This document shows, piece after piece, positions 46,592 to 56,762 of a stretch of DNA of 64,000 nucleotides. The notes beneath the pieces were generated by a model. That model was not told the origin of the DNA. It saw only the letters and a program-made list of their open reading frames with translations, and made no database searches. A program made the position numbers and the translations under genes. Numbering within the stretch: the stretch's first letter is position 1; every line of letters begins with the position of its first letter. The DNA comes from a virus: positions 32,001 to 96,000 of IMG/VR virus record IMGVR_UViG_3300040796_000034; one strand, given 5' to 3'.

Positions 46592-48298
46592 TTAATTAAA
46601 AATATTTCTCCTACTTTTTATGACTTTTTCCGTTCGGTAAATATCTGTAAGAGATGTATTGTTAGGTAAGAAGTTAAAATCACTTCCTACTAAACTTCTA
46701 GTAATTTGTTTAGGGTATATTGATGTTGCATTTACATATTGACCTCCGGTTAAAGTAGGTACAAGGTTTTCTTCACCATATAAAACAGTGTAAATAAAAG
46801 CATCCATCAAATCATCATTTTTACAAAAAGGAAATGTAAGTAGTTGATTCTTTAGTTTTTTCACTAACGGTACAATCTTTTCATTAGGAAAAAATACTCT
46901 AAAATCTTGAAACACAGGTATAGTTGCTTGTAATCTTACTAATTTACTCTTACCGTATTTCCTAGATTTAATAGGTACAATACCTGGTACTTTATCTCGT
47001 AAAGCTGCAATAGTAGCAGGGCCTATAATCTCTTCTTCAATACACTTGGCTGACAAAGAATATTTCTTATCAAACATCTTAATAATATCTACAACTTCTT
47101 CAAACTCTAATCTTTCTTCAATCATATCCAATATCGTGTAACAGTATTTATCAATGTGTTTTCTAATACCTGTAACAACCATACCAGTGTAGTCATTGTT
47201 ATCTTCAGTTATATAAGACAAATCAGCACCCAGTATTATGTGGTCATATTCACTTGAAAGGGATAAAGCTGTTTGAAAGTATTGTACATTAACCACATTA
47301 CCTTTCTTCTTACCAGGGTTTTGTTGATACTGCTGTTCAAAAGTGATTGGTAGCTTATCGTTAGCTAGTTGGTTCTGTAAGGTCTGTAATTCTTTTTTTG
47401 TGTACAAGTCATCTACAAGAGGTTCCCCTATCGTTGTACGCCAATCTTTGAAATGTAAACTTGTTCTTGATTTACTTTCACCTGTATAAAGAAAAGGTAA
47501 ATTAAGATGTTCCCATTCACCTGTCTCTACAAGAAAACCAGCAGGGTCGTCTTCAGCTAGTCTTTGCATGATAAGGATTATGACCTTATCAGGACTATCG
47601 TGGTTAATACGAGTGAATACAGTGCTAATAAGGTCGTCAATAACACGCTTTTTAGTTTTCGTACTGTTAGCATGGGCGGCTTTTAACGGGTCATCTATGA
47701 TAATAAAGTCAGCACCAAAGCCTGTAATAGTTGCACCTAGACCAGCGCTGTATCTATACCCTTCATAGTTGTTAAGGTAAAAATCTTCAGTAGATTTCTT
47801 AATGACAACTTTCTCTTTTCTCTTCTTTCTTACTCCCGCAATATCATCTAACTCTTTATACTCTTCTGATTCGATAAGCATCTTAGTCTTTAAACTAGCA
47901 TTCTTAGCAATCATATCTGAGTAAGAAACTGAAATGATTTTCTTTTCCGGGTTATGTAAGTGAATATAAGCAGGTAAATAGATTGAGGTATATAAAGTCT
48001 TACCTAATCGCGGCATAATATTAATGACCAGTCGTTTGATACCTCCGTCTATCGTTGCTTGTAAATGTTCAACCAGGACTTCTATAGCTTTTCTCTCTAC
48101 AAAACTATTCTCTCCATAACGACTGTTAAACATATAACGACTGAAGCTATAAAGATTTTCTAATGCAGATAACTTAGATTCAATTGCTAATAGTTGTTTT
48201 AGTCTTTTATCTCTGTACAACAACTGTTTCTTTTTATCTTCAATCTCTTTATATTTATCAGTCTTTATTATTCGACTTTCCAGAGTCTTCCCTTTCAT
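46592..48298 (-). CDS. terL: Terminase large subunit
   Basis: Walker A MPRLGKT, Walker B FIIIDDP, IMQRL, QYQQNP, nuclease GADLS and NDDLMDA. Confidence 0.93.
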   Translation of the reverse strand: MKGKTLESRIIKTDKYKEIEDKKKQLLYRDKRLKQLLAIESKLSALENLYSFSRYMFNSRYGENSFVERKAIEVLVEHLQATIDGGIKRLVINIMPRLGKTLYTSIYLPAYIHLHNPEKKIISVSYSDMIAKNASLKTKMLIESEEYKELDDIAGVRKKRKEKVVIKKSTEDFYLNNYEGYRYSAGLGATITGFGADFIIIDDPLKAAHANSTKTKKRVIDDLISTVFTRINHDSPDKVIILIMQRLAEDDPAGFLVETGEWEHLNLPFLYTGESKSRTSLHFKDWRTTIGEPLVDDLYTKKELQTLQNQLANDKLPITFEQQYQQNPGKKKGNVVNVQYFQTALSLSSEYDHIILGADLSYITEDNNDYTGMVVTGIRKHIDKYCYTILDMIEERLEFEEVVDIIKMFDKKYSLSAKCIEEEIIGPATIAALRDKVPGIVPIKSRKYGKSKLVRLQATIPVFQDFRVFFPNEKIVPLVKKLKNQLLTFPFCKNDDLMDAFIYTVLYGEENLVPTLTGGQYVNATSIYPKQITRSLVGSDFNFLPNNTSLTDIYRTEKVIKSRRNIFN

Positions 48299-48596
48299 GT
48301 TTATAGCTCGGTAGTTTGTACAAGAGTTCTAAGTATTTTCTAGTGTCTTTTAACGAAAAGTTACTCTGTTTAAGGTATTGACATATATCAACAATATCCC
48401 AAGTAAGACCTTTCTTTTCCCAACAATCTAAATAACCTATTAGTACAGGTGATTTTAATACAGATAAAGAGTTGATATAGATGTTTATTCTACGCAACTC
48501 TCTATCGTATTCAATGTAACTATTCTTCAGTAGGCTGTGTAGCTTCTGTTTCTTTTTTGTTCTGGATATATGTTTGAGTAATGGATTTATATACAT
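48258..48596 (-). CDS. Hypothetical protein
   Basis: 112 aa, overlaps both neighbours. Confidence 0.5.
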   Translation of the reverse strand: MYINPLLKHISRTKKKQKLHSLLKNSYIEYDRELRRINIYINSLSVLKSPVLIGYLDCWEKKGLTWDIVDICQYLKQSNFSLKDTRKYLELLYKLPSYKHEREDSGKSNNKD

Positions 48597-49275
48597 TATT
48601 AAAATCGGACAATCTTTGCTTGTCTCTTACCATTTTTTCTCGGTAGTTTGGATTATAAACATCTTTAGTAGTCTCTACAAACCCTTTATGGTATTCAAAA
48701 ACAAACTTAGCAGGATGGTATTTGTAAACGTTGCTTATAAGATAAACACCTCGGTCAACCTCTTCATTACTTTCAAAGCCACCAAAAGTTGCAGTTTTGT
48801 TTTCTGTATCGATGTCAATAATTTTTGCATTTGGAATTTCCTCTTGTACATCTTCTAACTTCTGCTGAATCTTTAGTATGAATCTCTTCTTATGTAATTC
48901 ACGAGCAAACTCTTCATACTCTTTTTTCTCAATTAACTTCCACCTATCGGGGTCTCTAGGAGTGTAAATAATATCTACCTCTTTTCTTTCATAGTCAGGT
49001 TCACCTCGATACACCTGTAAAGCACACCATTTAGTCCTTGCATCTTTCATTTTGTATGTACCGAATTTAGGGATATGATAATAGTTATATCCTTCATTAG
49101 TAAAACAATCAATTAGTACGTTCTTATAGGCAGATAATATTTTTCGTATCTCAGCAAGACTGAATTTAATACCCTGTCCATATAATATTGTCTGTATCTT
49201 TTTAATTAAATCCTCTTGAGTTAATTGTTTTTTCTCTATCTCAATTACTGTGGATTCTCTAGGTTCTTTTAGCAT
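48520..49275 (-). CDS. HU/IHF-like DNA-binding protein with large arm insertion
   Basis: LTQEDLIKKI...SLAEIRKILSAYKNVLIDCF...HIPKFGTYKMK, and much later PAKFVFEYHKGF. Confidence 0.5.
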   Translation of the reverse strand: MLKEPRESTVIEIEKKQLTQEDLIKKIQTILYGQGIKFSLAEIRKILSAYKNVLIDCFTNEGYNYYHIPKFGTYKMKDARTKWCALQVYRGEPDYERKEVDIIYTPRDPDRWKLIEKKEYEEFARELHKKRFILKIQQKLEDVQEEIPNAKIIDIDTENKTATFGGFESNEEVDRGVYLISNVYKYHPAKFVFEYHKGFVETTKDVYNPNYREKMVRDKQRLSDFNNVYKSITQTYIQNKKETEATQPTEE

Positions 49276-49276
49276 T

Positions 49277-52200
49277 TTAAATTAATATTTGGTTGTGTAA
49301 CTCGTTGAGTGTATTAATTATCTTGTCTTCAATATCAACTAACTCATAGTAAGAGCCTTTATTAGGTGCTGTGACCTCGTTAGTTAAGTAGGATTTAAAA
49401 CCAATTAAATGACTTATCTCTGCTAAGAGTCTGTTCGGTGAAGGTCTTCCTTTAGGCCATCTACTTTTATTTGGTTCAATATCTATAAGAGCTTCTTCTA
49501 TTCCACCTTGAGGTATATTAGTCGGTATATCATAGCCATATTTAGTTTTTAAAGTTTCTTTTAATTCTAAATATCTTGTATGGATTTTAGTTTTAGATGC
49601 TCTAACATTCTCTAACTCTTTACTATTCTTTACATAATTTTTATAAGTAGATAATTTTTTCCCAAGAATTAATCTATCAACATCATCTCCTTTAATTTCA
49701 TGGTAGTTTTTTAACCACATAATTAAATCCATGTTAGGTATATTGTATTTTTTAGAAATCTTATCTATCTCATAAAAATTAACATTTAAGTCTCTATTTA
49801 CGGTTTTTATATTTTTTACACCGGGAAATAATTTTTTTAATTCTCGTATATCATCATCTGTATGAATGACTTTATTTTTGTAAGAAATATGTTTACCAAT
49901 AAACTCTTCATAAGCTTCGAGACTTTGTGGATATTTTGTTCGATTTTTTAAACCTTTGACAGTTTTTAAATAGGATTCAGTGAAAGATGTAATATCCTCT
50001 AGTTTTTGTGTATCTAATATAGCCTTCTTACTTTGTACAATCTCTTTAACTTTATCTAACGTTACAACGTCTTGGATAAGCTCGCTATTAGTTTCAATGT
50101 TTTTACCAAAACTCCTACCGAGTTCATGTCTTACATTATAAAGCTTTTTGTATGCTTTGATATCCTTACTAAGCTCCTTGTACTCTTTATCTAAACTTAA
50201 TACAGCATCATCGACTTTACCTTGTATCTTAGTTAAGTTAGTCTGTAACTCTTTAGAAGAAATTAAATCGTCATACCCGGCAAGCTTATTTTTATACCAC
50301 TGTAGATTAGCTTTTAGCGTTGACAACTCTTCGATATGAGTCTTTATCTTATTTCTACTGTTTACAAGCTTTTGGCGCGGTATATCGTCGGTATATTCTA
50401 ATATTTCACCTAAGACTCCTTTAACAGATGAACCTCCTTCATAAGGAACATACGTCTCGCTAATACTATCTTTAACTTTATTAAAAATCTTACTTCGTAC
50501 CCTGAAATAATTACGACCTACTTCCCCTGATTTTTTAGCACCTTCACCAGTAAAAGAGCCTAAAGCATTCATTTTTCTTAGTGAAGTAATGTAGGGGTTT
50601 GATTGCATATTAAATTGTGTAGTGGCTATATTTTCTAATACCTCAGTATCTCGTAAATGATTGACAAGGAATACATCTCCTACACCATCTTTCAATCTCA
50701 TATTTTTAAGAAAACTCTCTCTTTTCAAATATGTTGCAAATAATTTATTCAAAGCTTTTTCTGTATTAGCCTCTTCTTTAGCAATTTCTATAGCTAAGTC
50801 TTTACTTATATAGGAAAGTGTTTTATCTATCTCTTTCTCTATTTGAGGTATTCTTTTCTTAGCAAAGTCTTTAATCTCTTTATCTAGTTCAAGAAATTCG
50901 TTAAATCTTTGTGTTCTTTGTCTAATTAATATATCATCAGCTTGTATTCTAGCTTTTATATCTTTATCAACGGACTTAACTTTTTCATATTTACCTTGTA
51001 AATCTTTGTTAATAATCCTATTCTTAGGTAATCTATCAAGCCGTTCTTTAGTTTTCTCTAGTTCAAGAATCTTTTTCTCTAACTTATTTACATAGATATC
51101 TGATTGAACTAAGCCTTTAGAGCGTTCCTTAAGCCTTGTAACACGCTGAAAGACATCTAACCGACTCTTATCACCTAAACGACTTAACTCTTTCTCTAAA
51201 TCGCTTAAAATGGCTCTCTGGTGATTGCCTAGAATAGCTGTGTTCTCTTCTTTAAGCGTCAGTAAAGTTGAATCAATAACAGACTCTATTTTGTTTCCTT
51301 TATATTTCTTATTTAATAAGGACTCAATATCGTTAAGATTTTTCTCAAGATTCTTTCGATTGATACTCTTTACTTTTTCACGTTCTTTCTTTAATAATGT
51401 CAGTGAATCGTTGACTAGCTTTTGCTCATCTTTAATAAGTTGAGTAATTTCTTTACGTCTAAAACCGGAAGACGTGAAATAAGTATGGCTATATAAATCT
51501 TCAGAACTCTCTGCAAGCTTCTCAAAATAGTTTATATTAGTAGTTTCTTTTATTTCACCTAAAGAACTTCTCTTATTAAGGTTAATGTAATCGTCAATAG
51601 TATTTTCAATACTGTTAAGTCTTTTATCTACACGCTTACCACGATGGAGTAAATTCTTAAGTCTTAACGATTCATCTTGTATTTCTTTTGCCGCCGAAGA
51701 TAACCCCATTGTAAGTTTACCTTCTATACGACTAAATACATCAAGCCTTTGTTGAGCTACTGTTATTCTACGAGCGTTACTAAAAACAGGCTTTGTCTGT
51801 AGTATTCCAAAATTTTTAAAACTATTCTGGTCAATACTTTTCTGTACAGTACCAGAGACAATAAGATTGTTTTCAATAAGTTCTTTTGTAGAAACTATTT
51901 TAAGATTTTTTTTTTGAGAAATAGGTAAAAGTTTTGTATTGTCTATATTATTCTCAACCCAGTCTTTAAGTATCTGTTTTTGATACTGACTTTTTTGAGC
52001 TTCAATACTTTCTTCTGAAAGAACAATACCCTTATTTACTAATTCACTTTGTATTTTTCTGTAGTTAGCAGCTTTCCTGCTTAAGTCATTATATCTTTCA
52101 AGTAGTGAAATATCAATAGAAGGTTTTAACACTCTATTTTTTAATTTAGACTCGTAAGCTTGACTACCATACTTAAGGAGTTCATCATATATCTTAGGGT

Positions 52201-53713
52201 TTTGTTTGTACATCCTAAGACCTAAAAGATTTATTTCAGATTCTATTCTAGGTATGTTTTTTTCTAAAACAGTTTTCATACCAGTCTTTGCTTGTACAAG
52301 ATTTGAGTTATGTAATGAAGTAGCTTGACTTTGAATATAGTTCTTATTATTTAATAAAGTCATATAAGCTTCTATCTGTTTTTCTACTTTCACCTGTACG
52401 TTATCTAAGCTATTGTCAATACGAGTAATAGCTTCTACAGTGTTATCCGTTTGAGCAAAGTTTGTAGGTAAACCCTTAGTCTTAAAAGCTTGTTTAATAT
52501 CTAAATTATTCTGTATCTCTGGAATGTATTCATAAGTTTTTTTATCTGTATCAATTGCTCTTAAATTCTTTTTAATCTTTTCTAATACAGGGTCATCAAC
52601 ATCTTTTACTCGTATAATGACCTTACCAGAATTTCCAGATGCTACAGAATAACCGCTAATTTTATTCAGTAGAGTTTTAGTGAAAGTAGTATTCTTACTA
52701 TTTAAGTTAGTTAAGTTAGATATCTCAATAACACCTGTCTCAGGATTTAGTCCCGCATTAAAGAATCCTTCTAATTTTTCACCTGTACCTTTAGCTGAAG
52801 ATATAAAACCAACTTTTTTTGTGGTTAGTGAAGATGTAAAGGAGTTAAACTTTTCTATATCGGCGGCATCTGTACTCTTAAATAAAGATGCCAGTATATC
52901 GTCTTCAATAAATTTACCTCGAACCTTTCCTAGTTGTATAGATTCTGTCGGTAAAATATCGTCTAAAACTCTAGTGTTTAAACTCTTTAACTGTTTCTGT
53001 AAACGATTTCTTACTGACTCGCTCTTTGTAATGTCATCTGTAACAGCCTTTAATGCGCCTTCAACGTCAACTAAGACACCTTTGCCACCATCTTTAAGAT
53101 AACTCCCTTCAGTAAGTCTTATATTGACCTCTGAAAGGTCATCTGTGATTTGTTTAACTCGTGTAGTAACCTCTTGGTTACGACGGTTAGCTGCATTTAA
53201 GTTATTAAGTAAGTCTGCATTACTTTTAGATAATTCTTTAGCAGTAATCTCTTGCTTTTTTACCTGGTCAACTAATTTGTTATGTTGACTGAAGATATCG
53301 TCATACTGTCTAATTACTGTATCCTTTTCACTTTTAAGCTTTACAACATCATCTTGGAGAGACTTTACTTGAGAAGAGAGTATGTCTTTACTTTCCTTAG
53401 TAGCTTTACTTTTAGAAACCTTAGTTGATGTTTCCTTGACGACGTTATCTAGCTGGTCAATCTTTTTAGGTACATTACTTTTAAAGGTATTAGCCTTCAC
53501 TAGACCCTTAGACAAGGCAACACCTAAGACTGTAGTAGCTAAGACAACACTACCAATGGCAACTCCGGTAGCTAACTTAGATTTCTTTTTCTCTTCTTCA
53601 ATCTGTCGTCTATAAGAACCTACTTTACTTGCATTGACGTTTTGTATCTTACCTTTCACTAACCTGGTGTAGGCTTTTCTTTTATGAGCTTTAACCTTTT
53701 TGTCTCGTTTCAT
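49277..53713 (-). CDS. 1478-aa coiled-coil protein with basic N-terminus and TM segment (possible internal/ejected virion protein)
   Basis: VKAHKRKAYTR...VGSYRR, then LATGVAIGSVVLATTVLGVAL; first gene of the head operon. Confidence 0.7.
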   Translation of the reverse strand: MKRDKKVKAHKRKAYTRLVKGKIQNVNASKVGSYRRQIEEEKKKSKLATGVAIGSVVLATTVLGVALSKGLVKANTFKSNVPKKIDQLDNVVKETSTKVSKSKATKESKDILSSQVKSLQDDVVKLKSEKDTVIRQYDDIFSQHNKLVDQVKKQEITAKELSKSNADLLNNLNAANRRNQEVTTRVKQITDDLSEVNIRLTEGSYLKDGGKGVLVDVEGALKAVTDDITKSESVRNRLQKQLKSLNTRVLDDILPTESIQLGKVRGKFIEDDILASLFKSTDAADIEKFNSFTSSLTTKKVGFISSAKGTGEKLEGFFNAGLNPETGVIEISNLTNLNSKNTTFTKTLLNKISGYSVASGNSGKVIIRVKDVDDPVLEKIKKNLRAIDTDKKTYEYIPEIQNNLDIKQAFKTKGLPTNFAQTDNTVEAITRIDNSLDNVQVKVEKQIEAYMTLLNNKNYIQSQATSLHNSNLVQAKTGMKTVLEKNIPRIESEINLLGLRMYKQNPKIYDELLKYGSQAYESKLKNRVLKPSIDISLLERYNDLSRKAANYRKIQSELVNKGIVLSEESIEAQKSQYQKQILKDWVENNIDNTKLLPISQKKNLKIVSTKELIENNLIVSGTVQKSIDQNSFKNFGILQTKPVFSNARRITVAQQRLDVFSRIEGKLTMGLSSAAKEIQDESLRLKNLLHRGKRVDKRLNSIENTIDDYINLNKRSSLGEIKETTNINYFEKLAESSEDLYSHTYFTSSGFRRKEITQLIKDEQKLVNDSLTLLKKEREKVKSINRKNLEKNLNDIESLLNKKYKGNKIESVIDSTLLTLKEENTAILGNHQRAILSDLEKELSRLGDKSRLDVFQRVTRLKERSKGLVQSDIYVNKLEKKILELEKTKERLDRLPKNRIINKDLQGKYEKVKSVDKDIKARIQADDILIRQRTQRFNEFLELDKEIKDFAKKRIPQIEKEIDKTLSYISKDLAIEIAKEEANTEKALNKLFATYLKRESFLKNMRLKDGVGDVFLVNHLRDTEVLENIATTQFNMQSNPYITSLRKMNALGSFTGEGAKKSGEVGRNYFRVRSKIFNKVKDSISETYVPYEGGSSVKGVLGEILEYTDDIPRQKLVNSRNKIKTHIEELSTLKANLQWYKNKLAGYDDLISSKELQTNLTKIQGKVDDAVLSLDKEYKELSKDIKAYKKLYNVRHELGRSFGKNIETNSELIQDVVTLDKVKEIVQSKKAILDTQKLEDITSFTESYLKTVKGLKNRTKYPQSLEAYEEFIGKHISYKNKVIHTDDDIRELKKLFPGVKNIKTVNRDLNVNFYEIDKISKKYNIPNMDLIMWLKNYHEIKGDDVDRLILGKKLSTYKNYVKNSKELENVRASKTKIHTRYLELKETLKTKYGYDIPTNIPQGGIEEALIDIEPNKSRWPKGRPSPNRLLAEISHLIGFKSYLTNEVTAPNKGSYYELVDIEDKIINTLNELHNQILI

Positions 53714-53739
53714 ATTTACCTGTACGTTAAACTTCTAGT

Positions 53740-54114
53740 ATGATTAATAAAACTCAATTAATTAAATCAACTGTTAACTGTCCATATTATACACCGGACA
53801 AACATCTCTTAGCTGATATAGAGTATTCAGTAAGACTACCTGGATGTAATTACAAGTGTACACTCTTTATAGATTTAGATGTACAGAGTCTTGTAATCTC
53901 TGCTAAATATTATTTCACAGGAGACTTTATTCTTAAATATCTTCTACACACTTTTTGTAAAAAACTTTACAACAGGAGTATTAATGAAATACCTGATATT
54001 TATAAAGAGATATTGACTAATATACCCGAGTACCTAGATACAGAAACGTTTACTTACATTCAAGATAAACGTGGATACAAGACTTTTAGTTTATTAAATA
54101 AGCAGTTAACATGA
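53740..54114 (+). CDS. Hypothetical protein
   Basis: 124-aa ORF. Confidence 0.6.
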   Translation: MINKTQLIKSTVNCPYYTPDKHLLADIEYSVRLPGCNYKCTLFIDLDVQSLVISAKYYFTGDFILKYLLHTFCKKLYNRSINEIPDIYKEILTNIPEYLDTETFTYIQDKRGYKTFSLLNKQLT

Positions 54115-54554
54115 TTCAAGTAAAAGTTTTTGTACAAAAGACAATCGGAATAAGTAACCAAATTAAATTTATAGCACCTAAAGAAAATTTTGAAGTGATA
54201 GATAATAAAACAAAAGAGTCTTATTCTTTAAATTTTTATGATATTTTTCCTAATGAAGGAATTAGTAAATTATTAATTAGAAAGTATTTTACTTTTACAA
54301 AAATCCTATATAAGTTTAACAACAAGGAAATTAAAATTAACAATTGTGATTATGAGTTTGATAACGACAATTGGTTTGTTACAGATTTTGATGAAATGAA
54401 ACTTCTATTAGATTATTTTGGACAGTTTTTGTTTAAAGATATTGTTAAAGAAGTTAAAGAATTAGAGTTAAACGATTTTTATAAGGATATTGAAATAGAG
54501 TATGTTGGATTAACGATAAATAACTCTTACACATCAGTAAAAAAATATGATTAA
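54111..54554 (+). CDS. Hypothetical protein, paralogue family A
   Basis: Shares IKFIA.KE.FEVID and YKDIEIEYVGL with 54902..55372. Confidence 0.7.
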   Translation: MIQVKVFVQKTIGISNQIKFIAPKENFEVIDNKTKESYSLNFYDIFPNEGISKLLIRKYFTFTKILYKFNNKEIKINNCDYEFDNDNWFVTDFDEMKLLLDYFGQFLFKDIVKEVKELELNDFYKDIEIEYVGLTINNSYTSVKKYD

Positions 54555-54951
54555 ATCAGCTAAAAACCCAACTATTAAATATTTCGATACAATTCTTTAT
54601 GATGTACTAAAATACAACAGTCTAATCCTATTTCCAACAGAAGAGTCTGGTATCTGGGAGCCTATTACACTAAAAGAGTTAATGCCCGACGAATCTACTA
54701 TTTTTGAAGAGTTATTAGATAATTTTTCTCAGACAATTAATGACTTTGTTACAGATTACATGGAAATGGTAAAATCAAATAATGATTTTAAAAATTTTCC
54801 ACAAGCTACTTTAATAGACAATTATGCTAAATATCTTTTTAGTGATTTATATAGATATTTACGAGTACAACCAGGTTTTAAAAATGTGAAGGTAGAGTAT
54901 CGTGGATTTGATAAAAAATATTGTTATGAAAAAACTAGAGAGGTTAAATAA
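54547..54951 (+). CDS. Hypothetical protein, divergent member of family A
   Basis: C-terminal FKNVKVEYRGF. Confidence 0.65.
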   Translation: MIKSAKNPTIKYFDTILYDVLKYNSLILFPTEESGIWEPITLKELMPDESTIFEELLDNFSQTINDFVTDYMEMVKSNNDFKNFPQATLIDNYAKYLFSDLYRYLRVQPGFKNVKVEYRGFDKKYCYEKTREVK

Positions 54952-55372
54952 TATGATTAAAATACAAATAACAAAAACATTTGAAATAGATAACTTGATA
55001 AAGTTTATTGCGGCAAAAGAGTGTTTTGAAGTGATTGATTCAGTTACTAAGATATTTTACAATGTAAGTTTTAACGATATCTTTTCACAGGGTAGTGTAA
55101 GTCAATCATTAGTTTTAAAATATGAGACTTTCTTAAAAACGTTGAATAGGTTTAATGAAGGAATAATCTGTGTTGAGGAGGATAACGGTCCTGATGAAGA
55201 TAATTATTTAGGAGACCATTTTTTGTATTTACAAGATGATGAAGATTTAAAATACTTTATAGATGATTATGGAAATCTTTTGTTTAACGAGATTCAGAAA
55301 GATATAAGAGTTAAAGATGATTATAAAGATATTGAGATAGAGTATGTTGGTTTATCTGAAAGCTATAAATAA
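54902..55372 (+). CDS. Hypothetical protein, paralogue family A
   Basis: Probable start MIKIQI; ends YKDIEIEYVGL. Confidence 0.7.
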   Translation: MDLIKNIVMKKLERLNNMIKIQITKTFEIDNLIKFIAAKECFEVIDSVTKIFYNVSFNDIFSQGSVSQSLVLKYETFLKTLNRFNEGIICVEEDNGPDEDNYLGDHFLYLQDDEDLKYFIDDYGNLLFNEIQKDIRVKDDYKDIEIEYVGLSESYK

Positions 55373-56022
55373 TGAAAAAATATAAATTTAGTAAAGGTTC
55401 TTTTAATTTTCACTTATCCAGTTTAAGTGTTAATATACCAAGTGGTTTAGCAGCCAAGTTGCGGCAAAAGAAAGCAGATTATGTACAAACTGTTGATACA
55501 GTGTTATCTTCTTTCACAGATGTTTATAAAGAGTCTTACGATGAAAGTAACGAAACTCAGGTTAGTAAAAACAAAGATGTACTGTATCTAGTTGAACTAT
55601 ATAACAAAGATTCAGAAGAATTAATACAAGAGGTCCAATCTTTATGTGAAATTGTAATTAAACATAAACGTCTTAAGGTACATCTTATTGGCAACAATAT
55701 TTCTATTGGGGATATCCTTCAAACATACGCTGAAGCTGTTGAAGTCGTAACCAGCGATACTTTAGATTGGTATAAGAAAAGTTTTCAGATAGATGAAGCT
55801 ATGACAGACTATCTTGATAAGCTTTCATATAAAGTCCTTATGTCTTTCCAAAAAGAATTTGGAGAGTTAACTAAACAAGGCTTTTTAACTAGAGAGTTTA
55901 TACGAAAAACAATTTCTTCTATAAGTGAAAGCAGTGAGTTATCAGAAAAAGAGTTTGCTTACTTAACTAATAAAGTTACTGAAGACTGGTGGTCTTACGT
56001 TAGACATTCTCTCGATAAGTAA
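55372..56022 (+). CDS. Hypothetical protein
   Basis: 216-aa ORF, TAATG overlap with the previous gene. Confidence 0.7.
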   Translation: MKKYKFSKGSFNFHLSSLSVNIPSGLAAKLRQKKADYVQTVDTVLSSFTDVYKESYDESNETQVSKNKDVLYLVELYNKDSEELIQEVQSLCEIVIKHKRLKVHLIGNNISIGDILQTYAEAVEVVTSDTLDWYKKSFQIDEAMTDYLDKLSYKVLMSFQKEFGELTKQGFLTREFIRKTISSISESSELSEKEFAYLTNKVTEDWWSYVRHSLDK

Positions 56023-56061
56023 AATATCCGCCGCCAGAATGCCCGTTAAGGCTATGTAAAC

Positions 56062-56514
56062 TTGTTTGATGATAATTATTTCACGATAGTTCTTTTAAAG
56101 GTTTTAAATATGGAAATGACAACTGAATATATTTTAGAATTTAATAGTAAGTGTGGTTTAAGTATATCTAGGAAATATTTGAATGTAGATGTAGATGAAT
56201 TAGAAATACCTGACGAATTAAAAAAAGATATTGATTGTTGGTTGACAGGTGTTAGATGTCTTCGTGATTTTGAGTATGCTGTCAATAACGAAAACTTAAC
56301 TAGACTTGCAGATTTACAAGGAAAATATTTAGCAAAAGAACTATTTTGGAACTTAATTTGTTCACAAAATATTAAAAAAGAGAATTGTGGAAATGAATAT
56401 CGTTCAAAGTATTATTATAGAAATATTTTTAATAATGAGTTAGTTTGGGTATTAGATTGGGAGGATGATGAGGAGATAAATACGTTTTCTGGAAGATGTT
56501 CTTTATTATATTAA
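56062..56514 (+). CDS. Hypothetical protein
   Basis: ORF; probable start at MEMTTEY. Confidence 0.55.
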   Translation: MFDDNYFTIVLLKVLNMEMTTEYILEFNSKCGLSISRKYLNVDVDELEIPDELKKDIDCWLTGVRCLRDFEYAVNNENLTRLADLQGKYLAKELFWNLICSQNIKKENCGNEYRSKYYYRNIFNNELVWVLDWEDDEEINTFSGRCSLLY

Positions 56515-56515
56515 T

Positions 56516-56758
56516 ATGATTAAATTTATTTATTTTAATAATACACGAGTACAAGTTGTAGCTAACCCTTATTTATTTCTTTTATCTTTATGGGATAGTA
56601 AAAAAGATGAATTGGGGATGTATCCAAGAATGTTTCAGATAATACTTACTAGAAGTTTTCCTAAAATTAAAATAGTTTATCTTGATATATCGGTAAAGAA
56701 TGGACATTATCTTAATTTTCAATTGTTTAACTTAGTCATTACAACATGGAGTCATTAA
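56516..56758 (+). CDS. Small aromatic beta-rich protein, family B
   Basis: FPKIKI...HYLNFQLF...TTWSH. Confidence 0.55.
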   Translation: MIKFIYFNNTRVQVVANPYLFLLSLWDSKKDELGMYPRMFQIILTRSFPKIKIVYLDISVKNGHYLNFQLFNLVITTWSH

Positions 56759-56762
56759 AGTT

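Noticed and set aside
17988-53615. Many short plus-strand ORFs antisense to PAPS-like, tape measure, cement, protease, terL and the 1478-aa gene (e.g. 18831, 26565, 27729, 40324, 47568, 52680)
   Set aside because: Ser/Leu/Phe-rich shadows of codon-biased genes on the opposite strand, with no motifs.
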